64,000 nucleotides of DNA from Nitrospiria bacterium (GCA_035498035.1 DATKAN010000043.1:23639-87638); one strand, 5' to 3'; shown: positions 1 through 8,841, counted from the first letter of the stretch. Numbers and translations are program-made. Notes: a model not told the origin generated them from the sequence alone.

Positions 1-184
1 CATAATAGAACATTAGAAAGATCCCCGTCGTCGCCTGCATGATAAAGATAAAAAGGAGGGCGGAGCCGAAGGCGTAGGCATAGCTTGAACCGCCCGGCAT
101 CGGCTCGTTGAGCATCTTGGCCTGGAGCAGCTTCAGATCGATCCGCTCATCGATCCAGTTGTAGATGGTTTGAAATAACGACAT
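1..184 (-). CDS. cytochrome b, N-terminal fragment (gene continues beyond window start)
   Basis: Minus-strand reading from the ATG near 184 gives MSLFQTIYNWIDERIDLKLLQAKMLNEPMPGGSSYAYAFGSALLFIFIMQATTGIFLMFYY, which matches the conserved cytochrome b/b6 N-terminus. It sits about 18 nt downstream of the Rieske gene stop. Absent from the ORF track because it is truncated. Confidence 0.6.
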   Translation of the reverse strand, partial: MSLFQTIYNWIDERIDLKLLQAKMLNEPMPGGSSYAYAFGSALLFIFIMQATTGIFLMFYY

Positions 185-201
185 CGGGATTCAAAATCCA
201 T

Positions 202-1164
202 TCAGATGATGCGAATCTGGTGATCCTTGCCGGCCTTGAACTCGGCGTCGATGACCTCGATATCCCCCGTTCCGGTGAGACGCATCGGGAGCACATCCAG
301 CCGCCGGGGGGCCGGTCCGTCCAGCACCTTTCCGCCCACGTCATAGATGCTCAGATGGCAGGGGCACCAAAACACTTTTCCGAAGCGCTTGTGGTTCTCC
401 TTCCATTTGTAGGCGCAGCCCAGATGGGGACACTTGCCGGAGTAGACGACGACCGGTTGGTCCGGGTTATCCACCCAGTAAACCTTTCCGCTCTCGTCTT
501 TGTACTCCATCGGCTTTCCGTGAAAAATCTCTTTCCTCACGTCGTCCGACATTCGAACCACCCAGTTCGCCTTCTCGAATGTCCGTTCAAGATACCCTTC
601 CTTGACCGTCTTCTTGAACCTGACCTGCTTGGGCTTGTCGATTTCCGTAACCTGACTAATATTGCCGATCTTGAGCCAGGCGTTATTGTAGCCCGGAAAC
701 ATCGGAAAGGTGAGATACCGGAGAACGGGATAAACCAGCGGCAGGGCCAGAACGACGCCGATGGCGTTCGTAAATTTCGTGAAAAAAGCCCGGCGGGTCA
801 AATCCCGTTCAAGCGTCGGTACCGGCACGAGCGCCTCTCCCGGAAACACCTCCAGGTGCCGCTCAAGCCCGGCGATCTCGACCTCCTTCACTTGTTGGTA
901 GAGTCCCCGCTCCAGCGCCGGGTACTGACCCATATTGGAGGATGGGAATTCTAACTGGACCAATCCGTCCGTGATCACCGCGTGGCCATCGACCGGGACG
1001 ACGCGTTCCATGCCGTCCGACTGCACGACGACGTGGCTGATCACCTTGGCGATGGGATCGATGATGACCCGCGACACCTCGCCGACTTCGCGATCGCTGC
1101 ACCGGACCTTGGATTTGATCTTAATCGTCATAGGAGATCGAACGGCCTCACGGTTGTTTGACAA
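202..1164 (-). CDS. Rieske [2Fe-2S] iron-sulfur protein with N-terminal PRC-barrel-like domain and one TM helix
   Basis: C-terminal half carries Rieske box I CPHLGC and box II CPCHLS about 18 residues apart. N-terminal ~100 aa (IKIKSKVRCSDREVGEVSRVIIDPIAKVISHVVVQSDG...) resemble a PRC-barrel, followed by a hydrophobic helix (AIGVVLALPLVYPVL). Start is ambiguous: TTG at 1164 overlaps the upstream cytochrome c gene; ATG near 1131 is an alternative. Confidence 0.75.
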   Translation of the reverse strand: MSNNREAVRSPMTIKIKSKVRCSDREVGEVSRVIIDPIAKVISHVVVQSDGMERVVPVDGHAVITDGLVQLEFPSSNMGQYPALERGLYQQVKEVEIAGLERHLEVFPGEALVPVPTLERDLTRRAFFTKFTNAIGVVLALPLVYPVLRYLTFPMFPGYNNAWLKIGNISQVTEIDKPKQVRFKKTVKEGYLERTFEKANWVVRMSDDVRKEIFHGKPMEYKDESGKVYWVDNPDQPVVVYSGKCPHLGCAYKWKENHKRFGKVFWCPCHLSIYDVGGKVLDGPAPRRLDVLPMRLTGTGDIEVIDAEFKAGKDHQIRII

Positions 1165-2032
1165 TCGGCTTCGGGGTGTTGACGCTCGTATTTTTCAGCG
1201 TGGACAGGTAGGTCGCCAGCGCGGTCAGTTCTTCTTCCGAAATAAGTTCCGTGTAATTTTTCGGCATGAGGCCCTTTTCGTACTCCTTCTCGAATCCGTC
1301 CGCCATCATGTATTTCGGATTGTAAACCTTCTTTTTGATCTGGTCGATCGTGGCCAGGTTCCCGATGTTGTCGAGCATCGGCCCGCGCTTTTTGACGCTG
1401 CCCCTACCGCCGATCTTGTGACAGTTATAACATTCATAGAGTTCGTAAACCTCTTTTCCATAGGCGACCGGATCCGACGGAGGAGCGCCCGAACTCGCCG
1501 CCCTCTTTTTGGCCAACTCTTCAGCCGTGGGCCCTTCGCCCGCAGTGCTCTGGCCGGTCATGGACTCCTCCAGCTTGGCCAAACGCTCCATGAGATCATT
1601 GGTTTTGGCCGACAGGGCTTCGGTCTGCTTGAGAACTTCCTGGGGTCTGATATCCGGATGGGACCGCTTTTTGGCCTCGATGATCATGGCGATCTTGCCC
1701 TTCTCCCACTCGGGATCGAACTGGGGCAGTTGTGTCCCGGCCCCGACATAGATCGCCGAACATATGACATAGAAGGCGAGGATCGCGATGAGGGCCTTGC
1801 CGCCCGAGAGGTCCGGCATCGGCGGGAGATCCAGAAGAAGGAAGACGACAAAACCCAGGACCGCATACATAACAAACATGATGCGGAAGACGGTGGGAAA
1901 GGCCAGCGCACCGCTCACAAACCAAAGTGCCAAGCCGATCACCGTGCAGACGATCAGCTTCCATTTAACGATGTCAAAGAAGCTCTTCTGGCCCTTCATA
2001 ACCTCTCCTTCATGCATCCGTTTCATTTCCAT
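1148..2032 (-). CDS. membrane-anchored monoheme c-type cytochrome
   Basis: About three N-terminal hydrophobic helices, a charged coiled-coil-like linker, and a single CYNCH heme-binding motif in the C-terminal domain. Confidence 0.7.
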   Translation of the reverse strand: MEMKRMHEGEVMKGQKSFFDIVKWKLIVCTVIGLALWFVSGALAFPTVFRIMFVMYAVLGFVVFLLLDLPPMPDLSGGKALIAILAFYVICSAIYVGAGTQLPQFDPEWEKGKIAMIIEAKKRSHPDIRPQEVLKQTEALSAKTNDLMERLAKLEESMTGQSTAGEGPTAEELAKKRAASSGAPPSDPVAYGKEVYELYECYNCHKIGGRGSVKKRGPMLDNIGNLATIDQIKKKVYNPKYMMADGFEKEYEKGLMPKNYTELISEEELTALATYLSTLKNTSVNTPKPIVKQP

Positions 2033-2044
2033 CGCCGGATCCGC

Positions 2045-3553
2045 TCACGATTCCTTGGTTTTTCCCATCCGAAGACTGAGCCAGATCGCGAGACTGACGA
2101 TCGCGAAGAAAGCGATGGTCATCGCCGTGATCATCACGCTGGCGTGAGCGAGCGTGGGCGTGTAGGACTCGGGGGAGTAATCCGGAAACAGAATGTAGAC
2201 ATGGAAATATTTTCGCACCAGGGAACGCACGGCGCCCATCAGGCCCATCGTCCAGATCGCCGAAAAGGCCAGGAAGATCAAAACGAACTGGGAGGCGAAG
2301 TCGATCTTGCCCCACTGAATCGTGCCGCGCTTGATGGCCCGGTTGTAGATGATGTAGTTGATGATCGTTATCGCCACGATCAGGGCCGCGGCCGTGCTCT
2401 TCGCGGGCATCAGCGCCAGGAATCCCCAATCCGAGGGCAGCTCCAGCGCGTCAGTCGCGGTCGCCTGGGTCGCGGAGAAGCCGTGCGGGGTCATCCAGAT
2501 GGCGTTCCCGAGCAGGATGATCGCAAAGCCGGATTTCACCATGACGGAGTTGGGGATTCCGAGGAACTTCATCGTTTCGATGCCCGAGATGCGCTTCATC
2601 GATTGCCAAATGTACAGATTGCTGGCCGTGAAGATCAGTCCGACCATGGCCCCCTGCATCTCGAAATACATCGAGAGCTGGTCGGCCATCATGTACGGCC
2701 CGATCGAGGCGTCGAACTCGAAGAATTCGGCCGCGAGAATATAACCTGCCAGCGGGAGAAGAAGAAGGGCCCCCACGCCGATCAAATTCCCCACAAAGCC
2801 CATCCAGTCATAATAAGCCTTCTCCTCCGGCGTCTTGGCAAACATGTACATGTAGGCCGCGATCAATCCGGTGATGAATCCGCCGAAGGTCACGTTCCCG
2901 ATCGTCCGGTGAAGATTTAACGGCATCCAGCTGTAGTTGTAGACCGAATCCCAGAGGGTGGCGGTCTCGATGGGATGGGGCGGTGTGTTCATGAACGAAG
3001 TCGGGGCGTTGATCACGACGAGGGTGGTCAGTCCGATGATGTTCAGCAGCACCCCGATCGCAACGTGACGGCCTTTTTTCGGCCCCATGAGTTTGTCCCA
3101 GGTATACCAGTAAAGGTAGAGCACCAAGGTCTCGGCGATGAACAGGAGCGGATAGATGATCGCAAAGATGGGGAAGAAATGGCTCACCAGAAAACTGGTC
3201 AGGTTGGGATAAAGACCGATCAGAAACAGAATGAACAGCCCCCCCGTCAACGCCGTCATGCTGTACAGGATCGTGGTGACCTTGGTCACTTCCTTGGCCA
3301 GCCGGTCGTATCGGGGATCGTTTTTACGCATCCCGATCCATTCCGAGATCACGACGAAGATCGGAGCCCCGAGAATAAAGGCCGCGAAAAGGATGTGCAT
3401 CTGCGCCGCAATCCAGACCAGCCCCCGGTTCTCGATCCCCGGGATCGAATAGCCCTCCGGTTCCGGCACCTGAGCATGGCCCGCTCCGGCCATCAGACCC
3501 AGGCCGATCAGACCGAGGAGAATCGCAAGGAGGGTCAAGCGCCGGCGTTTCAT
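2045..3553 (-). CDS. cytochrome bd oxidase subunit I-like polytopic membrane protein (bd-like oxidase)
   Basis: 502-aa multi-helix membrane protein whose N-terminal region resembles CydA. No cydB-like gene is adjacent. Its ATG overlaps the stop of the upstream cytochrome c gene (ATGA). Confidence 0.6.
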   Translation of the reverse strand: MKRRRLTLLAILLGLIGLGLMAGAGHAQVPEPEGYSIPGIENRGLVWIAAQMHILFAAFILGAPIFVVISEWIGMRKNDPRYDRLAKEVTKVTTILYSMTALTGGLFILFLIGLYPNLTSFLVSHFFPIFAIIYPLLFIAETLVLYLYWYTWDKLMGPKKGRHVAIGVLLNIIGLTTLVVINAPTSFMNTPPHPIETATLWDSVYNYSWMPLNLHRTIGNVTFGGFITGLIAAYMYMFAKTPEEKAYYDWMGFVGNLIGVGALLLLPLAGYILAAEFFEFDASIGPYMMADQLSMYFEMQGAMVGLIFTASNLYIWQSMKRISGIETMKFLGIPNSVMVKSGFAIILLGNAIWMTPHGFSATQATATDALELPSDWGFLALMPAKSTAAALIVAITIINYIIYNRAIKRGTIQWGKIDFASQFVLIFLAFSAIWTMGLMGAVRSLVRKYFHVYILFPDYSPESYTPTLAHASVMITAMTIAFFAIVSLAIWLSLRMGKTKES

Positions 3554-4020
3554 TTAGGTGCTCCGGCTGGCGGCGTGTATTCGTGAACGGCGGGTTGGCC
3601 TCCGTGTGAAAAGGTGTTTTCGAAGGCCATGACCTTCCAGCGGTCCTCTTCCGAAAGCTTTTCCTTCCAGGCCTTCATCTTGGTGTTCGGCACTCCTTCC
3701 GAAATTCTCCAGAACCAGAAACTATCCGAAAAATATTTCATATTCTCGGCCTGACGGAAGTCGCGGGCGCCTCGTTTAACCGGCTTCCCGTCTTTTCCGT
3801 GACAGCTGGAGCAGTTGACGTCGATATTCGCCTCGCCCATGAATATTTTTTTCCCTTCATCGACGATTTTCGGATCCACCCACCATCCCTCCGGCATATG
3901 CTTATTGGCGTATTCCGCCGGAACCGGAGGGAATTCGAGAGGATTCTCCCCGCCCCCGCTGCACGCCGTCATGAACGCTATGATACCGATTCCGCCCAAT
4001 ATCGATGACCATCTTTTCAT
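3550..4020 (-). CDS. c-type cytochrome, exported (probable lipoprotein)
   Basis: Signal peptide MKRWSSILGGIGIIAFMTAC and a CSSCH heme motif. AAGGAG-like SD upstream of the ATG near 4020; the ORF is open to 4083 but those extra codons are unlikely to be translated. Confidence 0.7.
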   Translation of the reverse strand: MKRWSSILGGIGIIAFMTACSGGGENPLEFPPVPAEYANKHMPEGWWVDPKIVDEGKKIFMGEANIDVNCSSCHGKDGKPVKRGARDFRQAENMKYFSDSFWFWRISEGVPNTKMKAWKEKLSEEDRWKVMAFENTFSHGGQPAVHEYTPPAGAPK

Positions 4021-4363
4021 ATTCAACTTTCGCTCCTTTCTTTTCGATTGCAAGGGCTCGCAGCGCCCCTCTCCGTAGCCCACCCTTCCGAGCGACTCGA
4101 CTGAACCCGCCGGGAAGATCTTCGTACAGCCTTGTTGTCACGACTCATAAAAAAACGCCTCCACCCGCATCACTCATGGGAGAAAGCGTCATGGTACGTA
4201 TCAAAATCAAATATCGCTCGTTCCTCCGCGCCCTCAACTTGAGACCCAACCGTCCTTTCAAATCGGAGGGCTTCGCCGTGAGGAAAAAATCTTCACGCGC
4301 CCACCCCCTCCGAGCGTGCGCAGGCAAAGCCCGATGCGCTTCTACTCCTTACTTTCGAAACTC

Positions 4364-4867
4364 CTACGGTGCGGGAGTCTTTCGCCGTCGGGACCGCCTC
4401 CAAAAAACAAAGACGATGGTCACGCCCGCGGCCAGGACCGCTCCGGCCAGCACCGACATCCCGTTTCCCGAAAATCCGGGAAGGCCGCCTCCCGGCGCCC
4501 CAAAATCGATACGGCCCTTCCGAACGGTGACTTTATCGTTCGGGTCGAACGCGGCCCGGATTGTTTTCCGCTGTTCCAGGGCGGTCACGATAATCTCATC
4601 GCCCAGGTCGGCATTGTGGAGATGCAACAGCGCTTCAAACCCGCCGTTCCGATCGGTGAAGACCGTCATTCCTTCATCCAAGCGGGGGTCGACCACGATG
4701 ACCTTGGTATCCGCTACGGGACGGCCCCGATCATCGTAAACCGCACCGTAAACCGTAAAACGGTGGTCGACCTCATGCGTGGCAAAGGCCGAGGAGGACG
4801 AGACGATGAACAAGATCGGCCATGCCCTCCATCCCCCATTCCATCGACGGAACAAACCTCCGAACAT
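4364..4867 (-). CDS. hypothetical exported protein with C-terminal membrane anchor
   Basis: ORF with signal-peptide-like N-terminus, a C-terminal hydrophobic helix and a basic tail (WRRSRRRK). Same strand as and 4 nt from the CBS gene. No recognisable catalytic motif. Confidence 0.35.
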   Translation of the reverse strand: MFGGLFRRWNGGWRAWPILFIVSSSSAFATHEVDHRFTVYGAVYDDRGRPVADTKVIVVDPRLDEGMTVFTDRNGGFEALLHLHNADLGDEIIVTALEQRKTIRAAFDPNDKVTVRKGRIDFGAPGGGLPGFSGNGMSVLAGAVLAAGVTIVFVFWRRSRRRKTPAP

Positions 4868-4870
4868 CCC

Positions 4871-5266
4871 TCAAGATCCCGGCGCTTCCTCGCGGCTGTA
4901 AAACGGCCTCAGCAGATCGCGCATCGAGATCATCCCGACCACCTTTCCGTCCTGAGTCACGGCCAGATGACGAATCCCGTTCTCGACCATCTGCCGCCCG
5001 GCTACCTCGAGTTCGGCGTCCGCCTCGATGCTCATGAGGGGAAAACTCATCACCGCGTCCACGGTGGTGATCTGCGGACTTAACCCCTGAGCCACAACCT
5101 TGTGAACGATGTCCGTTTCGGTAATGATCCCCAAGATCTCATCCGACTCCTTGACCAGAAGGCTGCCCACGCCGTTCTTTTTCATTAAATCCGCTGTCTC
5201 TTTGATCTTGGTTTTTTTTGAGATGGTGAACACACTCTTGGCCATCATGTCCTTAACCCTGACCAT
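4871..5266 (-). CDS. CBS domain-containing protein
   Basis: 131 aa with two CBS-like repeats (GVGSLLVKESDEILGIITETDIV and IRHLAVTQDGKVVGMISMRDLL). Confidence 0.7.
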   Translation of the reverse strand: MVRVKDMMAKSVFTISKKTKIKETADLMKKNGVGSLLVKESDEILGIITETDIVHKVVAQGLSPQITTVDAVMSFPLMSIEADAELEVAGRQMVENGIRHLAVTQDGKVVGMISMRDLLRPFYSREEAPGS

Positions 5267-5417
5267 AAATGCGATACGCCTCTTTTCGGAAGCGGTCCTT
5301 CTCGGAAGAAATACCGTGGAAGGCGTAATCTACAAACTTGAGGGTCGTATTGTTAACATAAAATATGGGACTTGTCAAATATTTTTTACGGTCATTTTTC
5401 GTGGTCCCGGGGCTTAC

Positions 5418-5446
5418 ATTGACAAAGCGGGGGAAGGTGTTTAAAA
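5418..5446 (+). promoter_or_regulatory. sigma-70-type promoter candidate (TTGACA-N17-TAAAAT) upstream of nadK
   Basis: Read directly: ttgaca, 17-nt spacer aagcgggggaaggtgtt, taaaat, about 40 nt upstream of the nadK start in an AT-rich divergent intergenic region. Confidence 0.4.
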
Positions 5447-5484
5447 TAATTTAAAATGCTTGTTGCACCGATGGTTACAGGACC

Positions 5485-6357
5485 TTGCGGGGAATCGATT
5501 TGAAAAAAATCGGGATCATTGCCAAACCCCAGAATACGCATGCCGTAAAGAAAATCCTGGATGACCTTCTCCCCTGGCTGACCCAGCAGGGAAAAGAGGT
5601 GATTTTGGACACCGACACCGGCTCGATCGCCGGCGTGGCCTCTCCTCACCAGAAATCGAAGGTTCCCTCCCTGGTCGAAATGGTGATCGTTCTGGGCGGC
5701 GATGGAACACTCTTAAGCGTCGCCCGTCTGGTCGAGGGGACCGATGTTCCAATCCTGGGGGTGAACCTCGGAGGATTGGGCTTTCTGACGGAGGTCACGG
5801 TTGAAGAATTGTTCAGCACGCTGGGCAAGATCTTCAAGAACGAATACGTCACGGACGATCGCCTGATGCTGAAGGCCGATGTTCACCGTCAAGGCGAACG
5901 GGTGGCCCAGTCCCTGGTTTTAAACGACGTCGTCATCAGCAAGGGGACCTTGGCCCGGATGATCAAACTGGAGATCTTCATCAACAGTCAGTTCGTCACC
6001 GCCTTGCGGGGAGACGGGCTGATCCTGGCCACGCCCACCGGATCAACGGCCTACTCGCTCTCGGCCGGAGGACCGATTATCTATCCCTCGGTCGAGGCCA
6101 TGGTGATCACCCCCATCAGCCCGCATACCCTGACCAACCGCCCGATCGTGATACCGAACGATATCCATGTGGAAGTGGTTCTGAAAACTCGGGAGGAAGG
6201 AACGGCGGTTACGTTTGACGGTCAGGTCGGATTCTCGCTGAGGCACGAAGATGTGGTCGAGATCGGAACGGCCGAGAGTAAAATCAAATTAATTCGATCG
6301 CCCCAACGGAACTATTACGAGGTCCTTCGTCGAAAGCTGAAATGGGGTGAAGGGTAA
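5485..6357 (+). CDS. nadK: NAD(+) kinase
   Basis: NadK family with GGDGTLL motif and conserved C-terminal region. Start is TTG at 5485 or the in-frame TTG at 5500 (MKKIGIIAK). Confidence 0.85.
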   Translation: MRGIDLKKIGIIAKPQNTHAVKKILDDLLPWLTQQGKEVILDTDTGSIAGVASPHQKSKVPSLVEMVIVLGGDGTLLSVARLVEGTDVPILGVNLGGLGFLTEVTVEELFSTLGKIFKNEYVTDDRLMLKADVHRQGERVAQSLVLNDVVISKGTLARMIKLEIFINSQFVTALRGDGLILATPTGSTAYSLSAGGPIIYPSVEAMVITPISPHTLTNRPIVIPNDIHVEVVLKTREEGTAVTFDGQVGFSLRHEDVVEIGTAESKIKLIRSPQRNYYEVLRRKLKWGEG

Positions 6358-6374
6358 AAGACAAGGGGGACGCC

Positions 6375-7742
6375 TTACGACATCCTCTTGCGATGGATGG
6401 CCGACAGCATCTGCTGGTTGGTCGGAAATTTAAACCCTTCGATGATTCCTCTCCGCTTTCCTTCCTCTTCCTCCATTTCCATGAGCAAGCAAAGATCTTC
6501 TTTACGAACCGCGTCCGGCTGTCGTTTTTCGATTAAGCGTGTCAACTTTTTGGTTCGTTCCTCGATCACCGCGGGCTCCAACGGGTCTCGGGAGGCGAGA
6601 TAACGGTCCAGAACCCCGCTGCACCAATCCCCGTCCCGTTTGGCCACCCCGACCAGACCTTCGCTGGCCTTCCGGGCCCATCCGGTCAGAAAAACGCCTT
6701 CGAGGACCCGGCCGGTCTGGTCGTCGTAAGCCTGAAACAGGGACTCGTCCGGCTCGTTCCGGGTTGGATTGGGGTTGGTCAGAAAGGTGCCGTTCTTAAA
6801 CGGAAGGCCGAGCGTTTCGTCCACACGGTCTCCCACCGCGAAGACGACGCTGTCGCAGGCAAATTCACGGGTGGTCTTCAACCCGACCGCGGAAAAATCC
6901 TCACCCTTCGGCTCCAGCTTCGTGTCTTCCAGTTCCAGTCCCCGAACCCGATTTTTGGAATCCGTCAAAACCCGGCGGGGAGAGGAGAGAAATCGGAAAC
7001 GAAGCTCCGTGTCGCTCCCGGCCGGCTCGCATTTCGTCATTTCTTCCAACATACCGGACAGCAATTGGTCGGGGTTCTGACCCACCGCCTCCAGTCGTTG
7101 ACGGATGCGGGAGAACTCCCGGCTTAGATCCTCTTGATCGATATTATCGCAGACCGCGCGAATCTCTTTCGGATTGTATTTGCGTTCCGCGGGGCCCCGC
7201 CGCGCAATGGCCGTGACCTCTTTGACCTTTTTATAACGAATCAGCCAATGGGCGATGTCGACCATCACATCGCCGATCCCGATCACGGCCACCCGCTGGC
7301 CCATATCGAACGGCTTCTGGCTGAAACCCGGCAACAAATTATAATGGTAGACGACGTCCTTGGCGTGGTAGACACCGATCGCGTCATCCCCTTCCACGCC
7401 GATCGTTTTTGTCCCCTGTGCGCCGGTGGCAAAGACCAGGGCGCTGGCCCCGATTTCATGGAGATCCGAAACCATGATGTCCTTGTTCTTACCGACCGCC
7501 ACCTGGCCGAAATAATCCACATTTTCCCGATTCAGAATTTCCCAATATCCCTTTTTGAGCCCGCCGCGGAGCCGGTGTTTGGTCGGGAAAATGCCGTATT
7601 CGGCCAATCCGCCGAATTTGATGTCGCGGTTTAAAACCACAACCCGGTGGCCCGCCCTGGACATGTTATTGACGACCGCCAGCCCGGCCGGACCGGCCCC
7701 GATGACGATGATGAGGTGCGAGGAGTGATTTTTGGATGCCAT
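6375..7742 (-). CDS. FAD/NAD(P)-binding oxidoreductase, ferredoxin-NADP(+) reductase (FprA) / glutamate synthase small-subunit-like
   Basis: N-terminal IGAGPAGL dinucleotide-binding motif and a second Rossmann motif VAVIGIGDVMVD; 455 aa. Confidence 0.6.
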   Translation of the reverse strand: MASKNHSSHLIIVIGAGPAGLAVVNNMSRAGHRVVVLNRDIKFGGLAEYGIFPTKHRLRGGLKKGYWEILNRENVDYFGQVAVGKNKDIMVSDLHEIGASALVFATGAQGTKTIGVEGDDAIGVYHAKDVVYHYNLLPGFSQKPFDMGQRVAVIGIGDVMVDIAHWLIRYKKVKEVTAIARRGPAERKYNPKEIRAVCDNIDQEDLSREFSRIRQRLEAVGQNPDQLLSGMLEEMTKCEPAGSDTELRFRFLSSPRRVLTDSKNRVRGLELEDTKLEPKGEDFSAVGLKTTREFACDSVVFAVGDRVDETLGLPFKNGTFLTNPNPTRNEPDESLFQAYDDQTGRVLEGVFLTGWARKASEGLVGVAKRDGDWCSGVLDRYLASRDPLEPAVIEERTKKLTRLIEKRQPDAVRKEDLCLLMEMEEEEGKRRGIIEGFKFPTNQQMLSAIHRKRMS

Positions 7743-8004
7743 TTTATCGCCGTATTATTGTTCGCTTGATCGCTTTGTATTCGCTTTTACGGAGCTTATC
7801 CCGAACCCGCTTCCGGAACTGTATGGTTTATGGCACGACAAAATCGAAGCCATTTTAGCATACCAATTCAGGGTTTGTCAAAAACTATGTTTTGCCTTTT
7901 GGGCGATCATAACTCTGGAATAAATCAGGGGGAGTTGATGAGGAGGGATAATTTTATGGTCGTCAAATACGGCGGGTGAAATGACACGGGCATTAGGTAA
8001 TTCA

Positions 8005-8080
8005 TGGTGGAGCTGGCCGGGATTGAACCGGCGACCTTCTGATTGCGAACCAGACGCTCTCCCAACTGAGCTACAGCCCC
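8005..8080 (-). tRNA. tRNA-Ala (anticodon CGC)
   Basis: Minus-strand sequence GGGGCTGTAGCTCAGTTGGGAGAGCGTCTGGTTCGCAATCAGAAGGTCGCCGGTTCAATCCCGGCCAGCTCCACCA folds as a cloverleaf with G3:U70 in the acceptor stem (the Ala identity element), anticodon loop TTCGCAA, and an encoded CCA. Confidence 0.9.
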
Positions 8081-8104
8081 ACGCAGGTTTCAAGCCATGT
8101 GCGA

Positions 8105-8356
8105 TTACGGACCAACGACCGGTACGGTCCGATCTTTAAAAATTCGTTCAAAGCGGGGCCGATAAATCCGATCGAACAGCTCTCCGCCCTCTGGAAACAA
8201 TAATAACACATCGCGCCGGGCTTCGACAATACGATGGTGGGCCTCCGCGCGCGTCGTTGTTCTCCATCGCAGGTCCGCGGCCGTCCGATCGACGATGCGT
8301 CGCAGCCGCTTGAGCTTGAACTCTTCCTCGAGCAGGTCGTCCAAATATTCGGTCAC
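8105..8356 (-). CDS. hypothetical small protein
   Basis: 83-codon ORF whose GTG start overlaps the stop of the upstream TPR gene (GTGA); charged helical composition. No recognisable domain. Confidence 0.25.
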   Translation of the reverse strand: MTEYLDDLLEEEFKLKRLRRIVDRTAADLRWRTTTRAEAHHRIVEARRDVLLLFPEGGELFDRIYRPRFERIFKDRTVPVVGP

Positions 8357-8841
8357 GACAGTACGGGATTCCGGATCTCTTTATCCTTGGGGCGGAGGCG
8401 CGAGGTGATCATACCCAGGTACTTATTGAGCACATGGCTTCGCGTCAGGAAACCCAGAACCGGCTTTCGGCGGATGCCCAGCCTTCGAAGCTCCGCCAGA
8501 ATTCCGGGATCCTGGTTGTCGATCTTCAGGCCCTTGTACAACACATCGACCGCGCTGGAGCGGCGATTCGCCGACAAATAAACCCGTGAAAGGTTGATAT
8601 AAAACTCCGAACGGTAGAATTCTTTTTTGATCGCCGTGGTGCAGTAGGTTACGGCTTCCTTGATCCGGTTTTCTCCCAGGGCCAAGGCAAGACCAAAATA
8701 GGAGAGCAATTCCGGCGGCACCGCGGAAGACGAATCCTCTTCATAGGCCGCCAACAATCGGCGAAAGTAGGACAGCGCTTCCGGATAATTCGCTTCTTTG
8801 AGATAAGCGCAACCCAGTAAAAAAGTGTCATTAAGCAACAT
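8353..8841 (-). CDS. TPR repeat-containing protein
   Basis: TPR-like helical repeats (AYLKEANYPEALSYFRRLL..., EAVTYCTTAIK...); 45 nt downstream of purN. Confidence 0.5.
   Translation of the reverse strand: MLLNDTFLLGCAYLKEANYPEALSYFRRLLAAYEEDSSSAVPPELLSYFGLALALGENRIKEAVTYCTTAIKKEFYRSEFYINLSRVYLSANRRSSAVDVLYKGLKIDNQDPGILAELRRLGIRRKPVLGFLTRSHVLNKYLGMITSRLRPKDKEIRNPVLS

Noticed and set aside
935-2920. 661-aa ORF on the plus strand
   Set aside because: Antisense to three well-supported minus-strand genes (Rieske, cytochrome c, bd-like oxidase). Translation is Arg/Pro/His/Gly-rich low-complexity, typical of shadow ORFs in GC-rich DNA.
4084-4363. 60-aa ORF (4145-4327, minus) and a possible terminator near 4150-4180
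   Set aside because: No inverted repeat precedes the T-run and the ORF has no SD or motif; treated as plain intergenic/promoter DNA for the respiratory operon.
8005-8080. tRNA-Ala as a possible genomic-island integration site
   Set aside because: No integrase, direct repeat of the tRNA 3' end, or compositional shift is visible nearby; flanking genes are core metabolism.
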